DNA from: Thermoanaerobaculia bacterium
Lineage (GTDB): Bacteria; Acidobacteriota; Thermoanaerobaculia; UBA5066
DNA: 64,000 nucleotides
NCBI GenBank assembly: GCA_963719225.1
Contig: CAVRAY010000001.1
Span: forward strand, 2,336,001-2,400,000
Direction of reading: 5' to 3'
Below are positions 24,501-35,629 of this stretch, piece by piece (position 1 is the first letter of the stretch; every line of letters begins with the position of its first letter). Both the position numbers and the translations under genes were made by a program. A model generated the notes under the pieces. The model was not told where the DNA came from and made no database searches. It saw nothing but the letters and a program-made list of their open reading frames with translations.

Positions 24501-27500
24501 GGCGCGGGATGTCGAACGCCTGCCGAATCGCCGCGAACGTCTCCGCCTGCTTGACCGTGTCGATCCCCAGTCGGCTTCCATGTCGAGATCGAGTTCGAGC
24601 ATCTCCACCGGATAGCCCGTCTGCGCGGCGACGATTGCCAGCACCGTTCGCGACCAGCGGTCGGTCCGCTGGCGGGCGCGGCTGGCGAGTCGGAACAGGC
24701 GGCTCGACGCGCTGCGGCACCTGCGAGACCGCTCAGGGATTCGGGCTCGACTTCCACCTTGACGCACTGGCACCGGCTGGGCTCGGCACGATCTCCGGCT
24801 TTCGGTCTTGGGACGGATGCGGCGGGTCTCCGGCGCGTGCGACCGCGCGAGCGCTGGACGGCGGCACCGGCAGCGGCGTTGGCGGCAAATGGCGTGCGCA
24901 CCGTCGGCCCGTGCCGGAGCGCCAGACGTTCGGCGCGGGGGCGCGCGGCGGAAAGCCCTGCTCCTTGACGCGCAGCACGCGCTTGACGACTTCGGTCTCG
25001 GCGCTGTCGTAGCCGCTGACGGCATCCAGCCAGTGCTGATAGAGCGGCGCGTTGTCGACGCGGTTCAAGCCGCCGGGGATGCGTCGGGTCAGCGTCATCG
25101 CGATCTGCGAGCCGAAGCCCGCCGCCAGATGCAGCACGTACTGCACCGGGTAGCGTCCGCCCCGGCTCAGGTTGAGCCTGCCGAGGTCGGGATCGACTTC
25201 CTTGAAGTTCGGCACAGGCGGGACAATGCCGTGTTCGAGGATTTTCACGGCGATCACGTCCTCGATGCCGACGCCCATCGGATGCCCGGTGAAGCCCTTG
25301 GTGTTGGCGATGATGATCTCGCTCGGCGGCGTCGCCGAAGGTCTGGCGCAGCGCGACGACCTCGGCCGCAGCGCTGCCGCCGCGCGCGGGCGTGAATGTC
25401 TCGTGCGACATGAAGACCATCTGCGGCGCCATCGCCGCGCGATGCAGGCCGAAGCGCCGCTCCGCCGCCGTGACCAGGCTCTCCATCACCGGGGCGATGT
25501 GGTCAACGTCCAGGCGCGTGCCGTGATAGGCGCTGTTGCGCGTCTCGCTGCTCAGCACTTCGACGATTCCGCGCATCCCGCGCTCGCGCACCGCGTCTTC
25601 GCTCTCGACCACCAGCGCGCAGGCGCCCATGCCGAGGATCGTGCCGTGACGGCGGCGGTCGAACGGGAGCGCCGCTTCGTCGACGCGGTCGTCGGTGGCG
25701 GCTGCGCCCGTCGCCAGAAAGCCCGCGCCGACCCATTCCATCAGGTGTTCGCTGGTCACGTCGTCCGCGCCGATCACGATCACGCGGCGGCAGCGCCCGG
25801 CGCGAATCCAGTCCTCGGCCATGCCGATCGCCTGAGTCGTGCTGGCGCAGGCGGCGTTGACATGGGTGTTCGGGCCGCGCGCGCCGACATACTCGGCGAA
25901 CTGGCTGTGACCCATCGCCAGGATGCGGAAGAGGAAGCGGCGGTCAAATTCATACGGCTCGCGCTCCAGCTAATCGCGCAGGTCAGCCGTCGCGGCGGCT
26001 GATCTCGCTCAGCGTGTCGGCGTCGGTGGTGTAGCGGCGCAGGTCTTCGAGCAGCTCAAGCTGGTCGAGCCGATTTTGATAGGTGTAGTAGCGCCTGAAT
26101 TCGTCGGCGAAGCGGTCGCCGCCGGGGAAGGCGCTGGCGAAGATCACGCCGGTTTCGTCGCGCAGGCTCGGCGGCAGCATCCAGCGATCCGGCAGGTGCT
26201 TGCCGGTCGAGGTGGCGCGGTAGGTCTGCACCAGCGGAATGCCCGCCTCGCGCAGCGCATCCAGCCCGGCAGCCATCGCCAACTGGGTCGTGATGTCGAG
26301 CGCCTCGATCAGTTTTTCCGGCACGCCGTATTCTTCGTGCAGGTCAAACGAGCCAGGGCGCCCGGCCAGCTTGATCACCTCGTCGGGATCGTTGATGGTC
26401 TCGAAGCTGCCGCTGCCGTCCTCGGATTTGACCAGCCGCGTGACGTGCTTGGCGAGCATCCGCTTGCGGAAGCGCTCCGGGATCAGGTCGATGAACTGCT
26501 CGCCGCGCAGGATGCGCTGCGGCGTTGTCGGGGTCCATCACCGGCTTTTCGGCGCCCGGCAGACCCAGACCCGTCCCGCTGATGATGATCGAGCCGGCGG
26601 GCGGATCGTTGCGGTCGAACGGGCGCGGCGCGACTGCCTGCTGAAGCGTCTGTACCAGCGCGCTGAGCAGTCTCCAGCGAATAGCGGCGCTGAGCCGTTG
26701 GGTGAGGGCATGGTTCACGTCAGTCCTTCTGGTTGAGTGAATGGCGACAGGTGGCGGCGCAGACGGCTGTCTGCGCGCTCGCGGATTCGCTGTAGTAGCC
26801 GGCTGCGTACAGGCCGCACAGCGCCTGATTAAACGAGGGAAGCTCGCCCTGCTTGGGATGGCAGGTGAACAGCGAGAGCACGTCGGTCTGCCCGGCGAAC
26901 ACGTCGTCGGCAAAGCCCTTGAGCGCCCGCTTGGGCCCGACTTCGACGAAGGTGCGCACGCCGTTGGCATAGAGCGTTTCCAGCCCCTTGACCCACTGCA
27001 CGGGCGAGGCGATCTGCCGTTGCAAATGTCCTTGATCGCTTCGACGCTCGTCGGGTAAAGCTCGCCGGTCACGTTGGCGACCAGCGGCAGCTTCGGCGGC
27101 GCGATGTGCAGCCGATCCAGCACGCGGCGCAGCGGCTCGCTGGCCGGAGCGACGATCCGGGTGTGGAAGGCGTGGCTGACCGGTACCTGCACGACCTTGT
27201 AGCCCTTCGCCTCGAACAGCGCGATCGCCTGCTGCACCGCATCGCTGTCGCCGCCGATCACGCACTGGCTGCGGCTGTTGATGTTCGCCGGGACAACGTA
27301 GCCATCGATCTCCTTGAGCGTCGCCTCGACCACGTCAATCGGCGCGATCACCGCCGCCATCTGGCCGTTGTCGTCCATGCTGACCTTGCTCATCTCGCTG
27401 CCGCGCGCGGCGGCGGCTTCGAGCGCGTCGGCAAACGGCATGATCCCGGCGGCGATCAGCGCGGCATATTCGCCGAGCGAGTGCCCCATGACCATATCCG

Positions 27501-29607
27501 GCTTGAAGCCGTAGGCGTCCAGCAGGCGGTAGATCGCGATGTCGAGCGTCAGCATGGCGGGCTGGGTGATCGCCGTCTGCATCAGATCGAATTCGGCCTG
27601 CATCAGCGCGGACGGATCGTCGGCATCGACGAAGATATACGAGGTCAGCGGCTTGCCGAGGATCGGCGTCATGACGCGCGTCGGCTTCCGCGAACACCTC
27701 GGCGACCAGCGGCGAGACGCTTCGCCAGATCGCGCCCCATGTTGACATACTGGCTGCCCTGACCGGGGAACAGGAAGGCGACCTTGCCGGGCTTGGCCGC
27801 TGCCCCGGAAAATCCCCTGCGGCTGCATCGCCTTCCATGCCTGCGGGTTGTCGAAGCTCATGGCTTTGCTGGCGGTTTGCAGCCGCGCCAGCAGTTCGTC
27901 GTGATCGCCGAAGTCGATCACGAGGCGTTCGCTGCGCGCGCAGATCGAGCGGGTTCGGGAAGGCGACCGGCGGCGTCCAGCCGGACTGCACGCGCTTGAG
28001 CGCGGCATCGAGTCTTCTCTTGCAGTTCTTTCGGCGTGGCCGCGCCGAGCGCGAGAGATGCCGCGCAGCGGCGCAGGACGGCGGGGTCGAGACTTGGCCG
28101 TTGGATGGCGATCGCCGTTCGTCGCTGGCGCTGTCGCCGTTGACCGACACGCCAGCGTACGACTTGCTCTTTTGCGTCAGCGTGCCGGGGACATGTTCCT
28201 CCATCACGAGGTGGAAGTTCGTGCCGCCGAAGCCGTAGGCGCTCACGCCCGCAGCGGCGCGGCGTGCCGTCGGGCTTCGCCCATTCGCGCGCTTCGTGAT
28301 TCAGGTAGAAAGGGCTGTGCGCGAAGTCGATATTCGGGTTCGGGCGCTCGGAGTTGAGCGTCGGCGGCAGAATTTTGTGGTAGACGGCCAGCGTCGCCTT
28401 CAGCAAGCCCGCCGCGCCCGCGCCGGCTTTCAGGTGGCCGATGTTGCTCTTGACCGAGCCGAGCGCGATGCTGTGCCGCGCGGCGCCGTGCTGCCGAAAA
28501 TCTTCGCTCAGGCTCTCGACTTCGACCACATCGCCGACTCTGTGTGCTGGTGCCGTGCGCCTCGACCAGCGTCGCCGTCGCCGGGTCAAGCCCGGCGTTT
28601 TCCCAGGCGCGCTGGATGGCGAACTGCTGCCCGACCGGGTTCGGCGCGGTGATGCCCTTGCCGCTGCCCGTCGCTCGAGCCGCCGACGCCGCGAATGACC
28701 GCGTAGATCTTGTCGCCGTCGCGCTCGGCATCGTCCAGCCGCTTGAGCAGGAACGCCGCCGCAGCCTTCGCCCATGACAAAGCCGTCGGCGCCGTCGCCA
28801 AACGGGCGGCTGCCGGTCGCGCTCAGCGCGCCGATCTTGCAGAACTTGACGAAGCGTCGAAGCGCCCATGTTGCGATCCACGCCGCCGGTGATCACGGCA
28901 TCGACACTGATGCTCGATCAGCAGCTCGACGGCGGCATTGACGGCGGCGAAGCTGGAGGCGCAGGCGGCGTCGGTGATGAAGTTGGGTCCGCGCAGGTCG
29001 AGCACGTTGGCGACGCGCCCGGAGACGATGTTCGCCAGCTCGCCGGGCATCGAGTCTTCGGTGACGGGCGGCAGCGTGTCGTCGATCACGCCGTGCCAGT
29101 GGTCGCGGATGGCGCTGCGCACGTCCTGCAGGCAGCGCCTGAAATTCGGGCGACGGCTTCGAGCGCACGCGCGTATTCGGGGAACGAAACGCGCAGATGC
29201 GTCTGATAGTGCAGCTCGCCGCCCATCGCCGTGCCCAGAATGACCGCCGTCCGCTCGGTGTTCAGCGGTCGTTCGGGATAGCCGTAATCGGCCAGCGCTT
29301 CGGCGGCAATCGTCACCGCCCACTGCTGCCCCTGATCCATGGCGGCGGCGACTCGCGGCGGGATGCGAAAGCGCTTCCAGTCGAACTCGAAGCCGCGCAC
29401 CCAGCCGCCGATCTTGCTGTAGGTCTTGTCCGGGCGGCTCGGGTCGGGTCATAGTAGTCGGCCGTGCTCCAGCGCTCCGGCGGCACTTCGGTGATGCTGT
29501 AGCGTTTGTTGAAGATATTGTTCCAGAAAGCGGACGCGTCGGGCGCGTCCGGGAGAATGGCGCCCAGCCCCACAATCGCGATGGCTCGTTCGGCGTCTTT
29601 CGCTCAT
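21500..29607 (-). CDS. Type I (PfaA-like) PKS/FAS: KS-AT-KS-ACP-ACP-KR-DH; heavily frameshifted
   Basis: KS1 DAACASS (Cys codon 28961-28963), [12 protein letters not shown]; AT GHSLG, HAFH; KS2 NAACAST (25847-25849), [16 protein letters not shown]; two ACPs; [11 protein letters not shown]; DH-like LYDHQI, YFHGPAY. Confidence 0.88.
24075..24650 (-). repeat. Two near-identical tandem ACP-domain copies within the PKS
   Basis: Both encode [43 protein letters not shown](L/M)[16 protein letters not shown]. Confidence 0.9.
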
Positions 29608-29617
29608 GCTCTTCCCT

Positions 29618-31251
29618 CTAGCCGCCGCGAACGCCTCGACGAGCCCTCTGGCGACCACGTCCATATCGGCGATCAAGCCGGTCTGCGCCTGATAGAGCGC
29701 CGGCGAGGTTGAGTGCCGACGCGAGATCGGGTCGGTTTGCCCCGCGCCGATCGTCCAGCGCAGCCCGTCGAGGCGACCTTGAGGCCGCTTCGCGGGCGAA
29801 AATGCGGGCCAGCGCCTGGCGCGGCGGATATCCAGCGGGATCGCTTCGGTCGGTTTCTGACGACGCGCTCGGCGAAGACCGCCGCCCCTTCGGCATAGGC
29901 GATCAGCTCGCCCAGCCGGAACAGGACGTGCTGGCTGCGCGTCAGCCGGTCGAGCCGGCAGCGCTCGAAGAACGCGCCAGCGCGCGCATCGCCAGCGCCG
30001 CGAAGCGGAGCGCCCGTTGTCCGGCTCGAGCTGCCGCTCTGCGCTCGAGCCGCGCCGCCCAGTCGTTGTAATATGCGCCGCGCGTCTTCAGGTGGAGCTG
30101 CCAGCGGTCGCGCGCAATCGTCCACTCCATGATCTCGGACGTGCCTTCGTAGATCGTCGTGATGCGCACGTCGCGCTTGATCTTCTCGACCATGTATTCT
30201 TTGGTGTAGCCGTAGCCGCCGTGACGCCTGAATGGCGTCTTCGGCCGCTTTGTTGCCGGCCTCGGTCGCCAGATATTTGGCGACTGCGCCTTCGGTCGCC
30301 AGATCCTGTTCGCCGCCGTCGAGCCGCTCCGCCACCCATTCGATGTAGGTGCGCGCCGCTTCCAGCCGCGCGGCATTGGGCACGATCAGCTTATGGGTGT
30401 AGCCCTGTTTCTTGCTGAGGGGCCCGCCTGCCTGCACGCGCTCCTGCGAGTAGCGGATCGCGCGGCGCAGCGCTTCCCAGCCCGCGCCCAGACCGAACGC
30501 GCCGACCATCAGGCGGGTGTAGCCGAAGACGGCCTGCGCCTGCGCCAGACCCTGCCCTTCGACGCAGCCAACCAGCCGATCCGGCGTGACGAACACATCT
30601 TCGAGAAACAGCGCCGCCGTGTTGCTGGCGCGGATGCCATGCTTGTCTTCCGGCTTGCCCTGCGTGAATCCGGGCTGTCCCGCTCGACGATGAACCACGA
30701 CGGACCGCCCGGCGCGAGCGCCAGAATCGTGTACAGGTCGGCGACGCCGCCGTTGCTGATCCACTGCTTGCGCCCGGTGATCTTGTACCCGGTCAGCTGC
30801 CCGTCTTCGAGCACGGGGACGGCTTTGGTCGTCAGCGACGCCAGATCGCTGCCAGCCTGAGGCTCGGTCGCGCCGTAGGCGACCAGCAGCGACTCGTCGG
30901 CGAGCCGCCTCATCCAGTCGACTTCTGCTCCGGCGTCGCGCCGACGGTGATCGGGTCGGTTCCGAGGAACGTCGCCAGCACGCCGGTCGCAATGCCGAGG
31001 TCGATGGCGGCCATGACCTCGGAGACGCGATAAATGTCATGCGCTCCGCCGCCGAGCCCTCCGGCCTCTTCAGGAATAAAGAGGAGATGGAGACCGATCT
31101 GCGACGGGTCGTACAGATCTTTCAGGGTTTTCGCCGGGAAGGCATCTTCTTGATCGAGCTTCAAAAGGAAGGCAGGCGTGAGCTCCCGTTCCGCGTAATC
31201 GCGCACCGTCGACAGGAGCATCTCGAGCACGTCGGTATCGAGCCGCGGCAT
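29618..31251 (-). CDS. Acyl-CoA dehydrogenase family protein, frameshifted
   Basis: [53 protein letters not shown]. Confidence 0.9.
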
Positions 31252-31416
31252 ACCAAACTCCGCTACGTCTGGAAGTCCAGCAGACGTCGAAGAGAGGATA
31301 GGGTCCAGCCGAGACGCAAACTTGATGCATATGCACTGTTCAATCCCGCATAAACGCGCACGGTTGCAGTGGATCGCGAGGGCGCGAGGGCTAAGATCCG
31401 GCGCTGGAGGTGAATC

Positions 31417-31902
31417 TTGAAAACCACTCGTCACGGGGCTGTCCTGGCCGCAGCGCTCCTCCTCATGGCATCTCCCGCGTTCACGCAAGAGCATCCGGCG
31501 GGGCACGAGCATCCCGCGAAGGGTGAGCACCCGAAATCCGAGAAGGCGAAGACCGTCACGACCGCCGACCTCGACAAGGCCATCAAGGCGAGGATCGCCG
31601 AAAAGACGAAGTCCGACGGCGGGGTCTTCAAGGTGGAGGACAAGGTTCTGAACAGGACCTGGGACCTCACGCTGGTCAAGGTTCACACCGACAAGCTGAC
31701 GCCGCTCTCGGCCGACACCTACTTCGCGTGCACGGACTTCAAGGCCAAGGACGGCACGCTGGTGGACGTCGACTTCTACTTGAAGAACGAGTCCGGGAAG
31801 CTCGTGATCACCGACACGACGGTTCACAAGATCAACGGCAAGGCCCGCTTCAACTATGTCGAGAAGAACGGCGTGTGGGTCCGGGAAGAGGTCAAGGGCT
31901 AG
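31417..31902 (+). CDS. Secreted hypothetical protein with N-terminal EHP repeats
   Basis: GGAGG RBS, TTG start, signal peptide, [17 protein letters not shown]. Confidence 0.8.
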   Translation: MKTTRHGAVLAAALLLMASPAFTQEHPAGHEHPAKGEHPKSEKAKTVTTADLDKAIKARIAEKTKSDGGVFKVEDKVLNRTWDLTLVKVHTDKLTPLSADTYFACTDFKAKDGTLVDVDFYLKNESGKLVITDTTVHKINGKARFNYVEKNGVWVREEVKG

Positions 31903-31907
31903 AACGG

Positions 31908-31931
31908 GCGCCTGGCCGAAAGGGGCAGGCG
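31908..31931. terminator. Hairpin between convergent genes
   Basis: CGCCTGGCC-GAAA-GGGGCAGGCG, GNRA loop. Confidence 0.45.
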
Positions 31932-31936
31932 GGCCG

Positions 31937-32272
31937 TCAGCGCCCCCTGAGCGACTGGACGAACTCGCGGTTGACGAGCGGTCTCTCGGCGCCGGTGTCG
32001 CGGTGTCGCCGCACCTGTCGCAGGACCGCCTGTCTCAGGTTCGCGTCGGCGCGTAGGAGGCCCATGGCTTCGACCGTCACCTCGCACGCCCCGCAGGTTG
32101 AACAATCGAGCTGCACCGTGGACGTAAGAGACCGGATGGACGCCGTTCGACCGCAGAAGAGGCAGACGGCCATCTCCGAGTCGCTCACGCGTCTCACCCG
32201 TTCGCCGCTCTTGCTCCTCGAAGGGGCCGGCCGCTTCCTGAAGAACCCGGCGATACGGGAGATCCATCCCAC
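31937..32272 (-). CDS. Small hypothetical protein with CxxC...CxxC (zinc-ribbon-like)
   Basis: CLFC...CSTCGAC. Confidence 0.55.
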   Translation of the reverse strand: MGWISRIAGFFRKRPAPSRSKSGERVRRVSDSEMAVCLFCGRTASIRSLTSTVQLDCSTCGACEVTVEAMGLLRADANLRQAVLRQVRRHRDTGAERPLVNREFVQSLRGR

Positions 32273-32360
32273 GCGCGAATCCTACAGCCGCGAGGAAGCT
32301 CTCGACGTGAAGTGACTTCGCCGGCTTCCGCTTCGACGCGCCTGAGGAAGGGAAGGAAAG

Positions 32361-32516
32361 GTCGTTCCCATCCCGGTGACCCGGAAGCTGGAGCGCCTCG
32401 ACCAGAACCTCGGAGCCGCCGAGCTTCAGCTCACGCCCGAAGACGTCCGTGAGATCGAGAGCGCCGCCTCGGAGATCACGGTGCAGGGTGCACGGTACCC
32501 GGAACACCTGCAGTAA
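32361..32516 (+). pseudogene. C-terminal fragment of an aldo/keto reductase
   Basis: VVPIPVTRKLERLDQNLGAAELQLTPEDVREIESAASEITVQGARYPEHLQ*; no N-terminal part. Confidence 0.75.
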
Positions 32517-32544
32517 CTGGTCGGTCGCTGAGAAGGGGGACTCT

Positions 32545-32630
32545 ATGCGAGTCGGCATCCTCGGCTCCGGGTTGATGGGCAGCAAGCTTGGAACGCTCTT
32601 CGCGCGGGCGGGGCACGAGGTTGTCTCCGA
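32545..32630 (+). pseudogene. N-terminal fragment of an NADPH-dependent F420-reductase-like oxidoreductase
   Basis: GGGGGA RBS + MRVGILGSGLMGSKLGTLFARAGHEVV, then similarity stops. Confidence 0.7.
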
Positions 32631-32641
32631 TGAAGGGCCTG

Positions 32642-32872
32642 TTAGCCGACCGGCACGCCCACTGCCAGATCCTCGGGAAGGAAGTAAAGCTCACGCGGCG
32701 GCCCCGACTGGACGAACGCGCCGCTGAAGTCGATCGTTACTTTCGCCGTCGTGCCCGACAATCTCGCGAGCACCTTGTTACAGATGTAGCCCGGATCCCA
32801 GGAATAGGTGCGGCCGTCCTCGAGGCGATAGATCCAAGCGGAATCCGAATAACTAGAGAGTGTTCCTTTCAT
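32642..32872 (-). CDS. Small hypothetical protein (76 aa)
   Basis: GGAG RBS; ATGA overlap with the kinase stop. Confidence 0.55.
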   Translation of the reverse strand: MKGTLSSYSDSAWIYRLEDGRTYSWDPGYICNKVLARLSGTTAKVTIDFSGAFVQSGPPRELYFLPEDLAVGVPVG

Positions 32873-34227
32873 CGCGGTTCGTTCTCCGATTGTCTCGCAG
32901 TGAGGCCGCGATCGCTCCACGCCCGCTCCAGCTGGTACCAGTTTGCCTCTGCGCCGATCCGCGCGAGGAGCGAGTGGAGGCCGAAGCGGATCCGGAAGAG
33001 GAAGAGCATCTCCCCGGGGAGGTTCAGGTCGGCAATTGTCCGCTTGTCCGCGACGAGCTGCCCAAGCCCGGTTTGAGATGTGGGCAACACGAGCTGGACG
33101 CGATCGACGAGCGTCGGCCCGAAGAATGATCTGAGCAGGATGCGTACGGCCGCGTAACGCTCGCCGCTCCCCGGGTCTTTGGCGCCGAGGGCGCTGAGCG
33201 CCGCGCGCACCATCCCCTGATCGTCGCGTTGGACCGCATCTCGAAGCGCCTGGAAGCCGAGGACACGCTCACGAGAGAACTCGCGCACACAGCCGTAGTC
33301 CAGGATCACCAGCTTGCCGTCGCCCCGGAAGAGGTAATTGCCCGGATGCGGGTCCGCGTTGAAGACACCGTGGCGGAGGAACGCACCGACGTAGAACTCG
33401 TACAGGGCGACTCCGATGCGGTTCCGCTCCTCGTGGGACGGGCGGCTGGCGAGCCAGGAATCGAAGCGTCTCCCGTCCTGCCACGCGCTCGTCAGGACGC
33501 GCCGGCTCGAGTAGCCCGGGTACACCTTCGGCACGCGGAGCACGCGATGGCGGGCGAAGAGGCGCCTGAAACGCTGCTGCCAGGCGAGCTCCTGCACGTA
33601 GTCGCACTCGGCGAGAATCCGCTCCCGAGCCTCGGCGATGAAGTCCTCGATGTTGCCGGCCGGCGCCAGGAGCCGCGCGAAGCGGGCGCCGCTGGCCGCG
33701 GCACGAAAGTCTGACGACAGCGCCGTATCGATGCCCGGGTACTGGATCTTCACGGCGACGTCGTGCCCGCTCGGGAGCGTCGCGCGGTGGACCTGCCCGA
33801 TCGACGCGGCGGCGACCGGCCGCCGATGCATCGTCGAGAGGAGCGCCTGGCCCTTCGTTCCGAGCTCGTCGAGAACGACGCTACGCATTCGATCGAACGG
33901 TACGTGCGCGGAGTGCGTTTGCAGCGTCGCGAGAATGCGGCGGGCTTCCTCGGGAAGAGATTCGTCGGTGTAGCTCAGGATCTGGCCGGCCTTCATCGCG
34001 ACGCCCTTCAGTTTCCCGAGCCTCTGGACGAGCCGCTCCAGCGTCTCCTCGTCGCGCGCACCCTTCACGCCGAGTCGCCGGGCTCCGAACGCGACTCCCG
34101 CCCGCGCCATCGTGCCGGCAAGCCAGGAGACACGGCCCAGGACGCCGGAGGGCACGCCGTCTACCGCGGTCCTGAGGAGCCGGCCGAGCAGCGCCATCGT
34201 CGCCTCGTCGTCGCGCTCGTCGGTCAT
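32869..34227 (-). CDS. ABC1/AarF/UbiB family atypical kinase
   Basis: MKAGQ, AAASIGQVHRA, VAVKIQYPG, FNADPHPGN, ILDYGC. Confidence 0.93.
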   Translation of the reverse strand: MTDERDDEATMALLGRLLRTAVDGVPSGVLGRVSWLAGTMARAGVAFGARRLGVKGARDEETLERLVQRLGKLKGVAMKAGQILSYTDESLPEEARRILATLQTHSAHVPFDRMRSVVLDELGTKGQALLSTMHRRPVAAASIGQVHRATLPSGHDVAVKIQYPGIDTALSSDFRAAASGARFARLLAPAGNIEDFIAEARERILAECDYVQELAWQQRFRRLFARHRVLRVPKVYPGYSSRRVLTSAWQDGRRFDSWLASRPSHEERNRIGVALYEFYVGAFLRHGVFNADPHPGNYLFRGDGKLVILDYGCVREFSRERVLGFQALRDAVQRDDQGMVRAALSALGAKDPGSGERYAAVRILLRSFFGPTLVDRVQLVLPTSQTGLGQLVADKRTIADLNLPGEMLFLFRIRFGLHSLLARIGAEANWYQLERAWSDRGLTARQSENEPR

Positions 34228-34403
34228 GCCCGGCATCGTATGCGGCTTTGGCGGTCTCGCGCGTGCGGAAGGCGCGAGCCAACGGGCTCGTTCAAACAAG
34301 GCCGTTGGAATCGCTGCTCCGCTTCAGCGCGCCTTCCCCCACGACCCTGGCGCGCGGAGACGTTCGAGGAGCAGGAGGTCCGCGGAGGCGCTTCGCGCGG
34401 CGG

Positions 34404-34880
34404 TCAGCCCCGCCGCGCGGCCTCGATGGTGGCGATGTGGATCTTCTTCATCGGCATCATCGCCTCGAAGGCACGCTTTGCCTCTGCGCCACCAGCCGCA
34501 AGCGCGTCGGTCAGAACGCGCGGGGTAATCTGCCACGACAGGCCCCAGCGGTCCTTGCACCAACCGCACTGGCTCTCCGCGCCGCCATTGCGGACGATCG
34601 CATTCCAGTAACGATCCGTCTCTTCCTGATCGTCCGTCGCGATCTGGAAGGAGAACGCTTCGCTGTGCTTGAACGTCGGGCCACCGTTGAGACCGAGACA
34701 GGGAATGCCCAGAACGGTGAACTCCACCGTCAGCACATCGCCCTTCTTGCCTCCCGGGTAGTCACCAGGCGCCTTGTGAACGGCAGTCACTTCACTATCC
34801 GGAAAGGTGGCGGAATAGAAGCGCGCCGCCTCCTCCGCGTCCTTGTCGAACCAAAGGCAGATCGTGTTCTTTGGCTTCAT
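34404..34880 (-). CDS. VOC family protein (PhnB/3-demethylubiquinone-9 methyltransferase-like)
   Basis: ICLWFD, LNGGP, CGWCKDRWGLSWQI. Confidence 0.92.
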   Translation of the reverse strand: MKPKNTICLWFDKDAEEAARFYSATFPDSEVTAVHKAPGDYPGGKKGDVLTVEFTVLGIPCLGLNGGPTFKHSEAFSFQIATDDQEETDRYWNAIVRNGGAESQCGWCKDRWGLSWQITPRVLTDALAAGGAEAKRAFEAMMPMKKIHIATIEAARRG

Positions 34881-34910
34881 CTTCGTGTCCTCCGGCGCTT
34901 GACTCAACAG

Positions 34911-34987
34911 TGGTCGGGACGGCGGGATTCGAACCCGCGACCCCTTGAACCCCATTCAAGTACGCTACCAGGCTGCGCCACGTCCCG
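34911..34987 (-). tRNA. tRNA-Pro(GGG)
   Basis: CGGGACGTGGCGCAGCCTGGTAGCG...anticodon loop ATGGGGT...GGTTCGAATCC...CCCGACCA; 77 nt with encoded CCA. Confidence 0.97.
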
Positions 34988-35100
34988 ACCGAGGACAGGT
35001 ATCGGACACTCGTTTGTCGAGCTCCGGGGGTCGCTGTTTATAGCATTTCCTGGCGGCTGAACTACCGGCGTTCTATCCTTGCCGAGAGGAGAGGACCCAC

Positions 35101-35562
35101 ATGTTGATGGCCCTCGCCCTTCTCGCAGCGATCGACGCCGTTCCGTCCTCCACCGTCTCGCTGATTCTCTCCGGGGAAACCGACAGGCCGCCGGTCAGCG
35201 CCGCGCGGCGCAGCCTCTCGGACGTCGCGCGCGAGCTGCGCGCGGGGAGAAAGGCCGTCGGGAGCTTCTCGGCGGCCGAGACCACCCTGCCGCAAAGCCG
35301 GATCGTTTTCGTTCCGATGATCGCTCCGGAACTCGAGAGGCAGGAGCCCGAGCCCGAAGTCGTCCCGGAGGCGCGGCCGGTTTATGTTCCGACGTACCTT
35401 CCGACGTGGTTCGGCGGCGGCCAGAAGATCGCCCGCCGCCACCACCATCACCGTGCCGCCGCTCACACCGCGACTCCGCGGCCGGGCCCAGCCAATCGCC
35501 TCTCCGGTCCGCCGCCGTTTCATCCTCGCCACGGCGGCAGCGGATTCTTTCGCGAACGCTGA
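35101..35562 (+). CDS. Hypothetical, possibly exported protein
   Basis: GAGGAGAGG RBS, hydrophobic N-terminus, Pro/His-rich tail. Confidence 0.5.
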   Translation: MLMALALLAAIDAVPSSTVSLILSGETDRPPVSAARRSLSDVARELRAGRKAVGSFSAAETTLPQSRIVFVPMIAPELERQEPEPEVVPEARPVYVPTYLPTWFGGGQKIARRHHHHRAAAHTATPRPGPANRLSGPPPFHPRHGGSGFFRER

Positions 35563-35629
35563 CGTCACAGCACGCCGCGCGCTGATTCGACCGTGACACG
35601 CCCAGCGGGCTCGCAGCTCGGACCCTATG

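Noticed and set aside
29449-29676. Apparent ACAD-PKS in-frame fusion
   Set aside because: Frames are unreliable here; a TAG at 29618-29620 and a separate ATG at 29607 fit two genes
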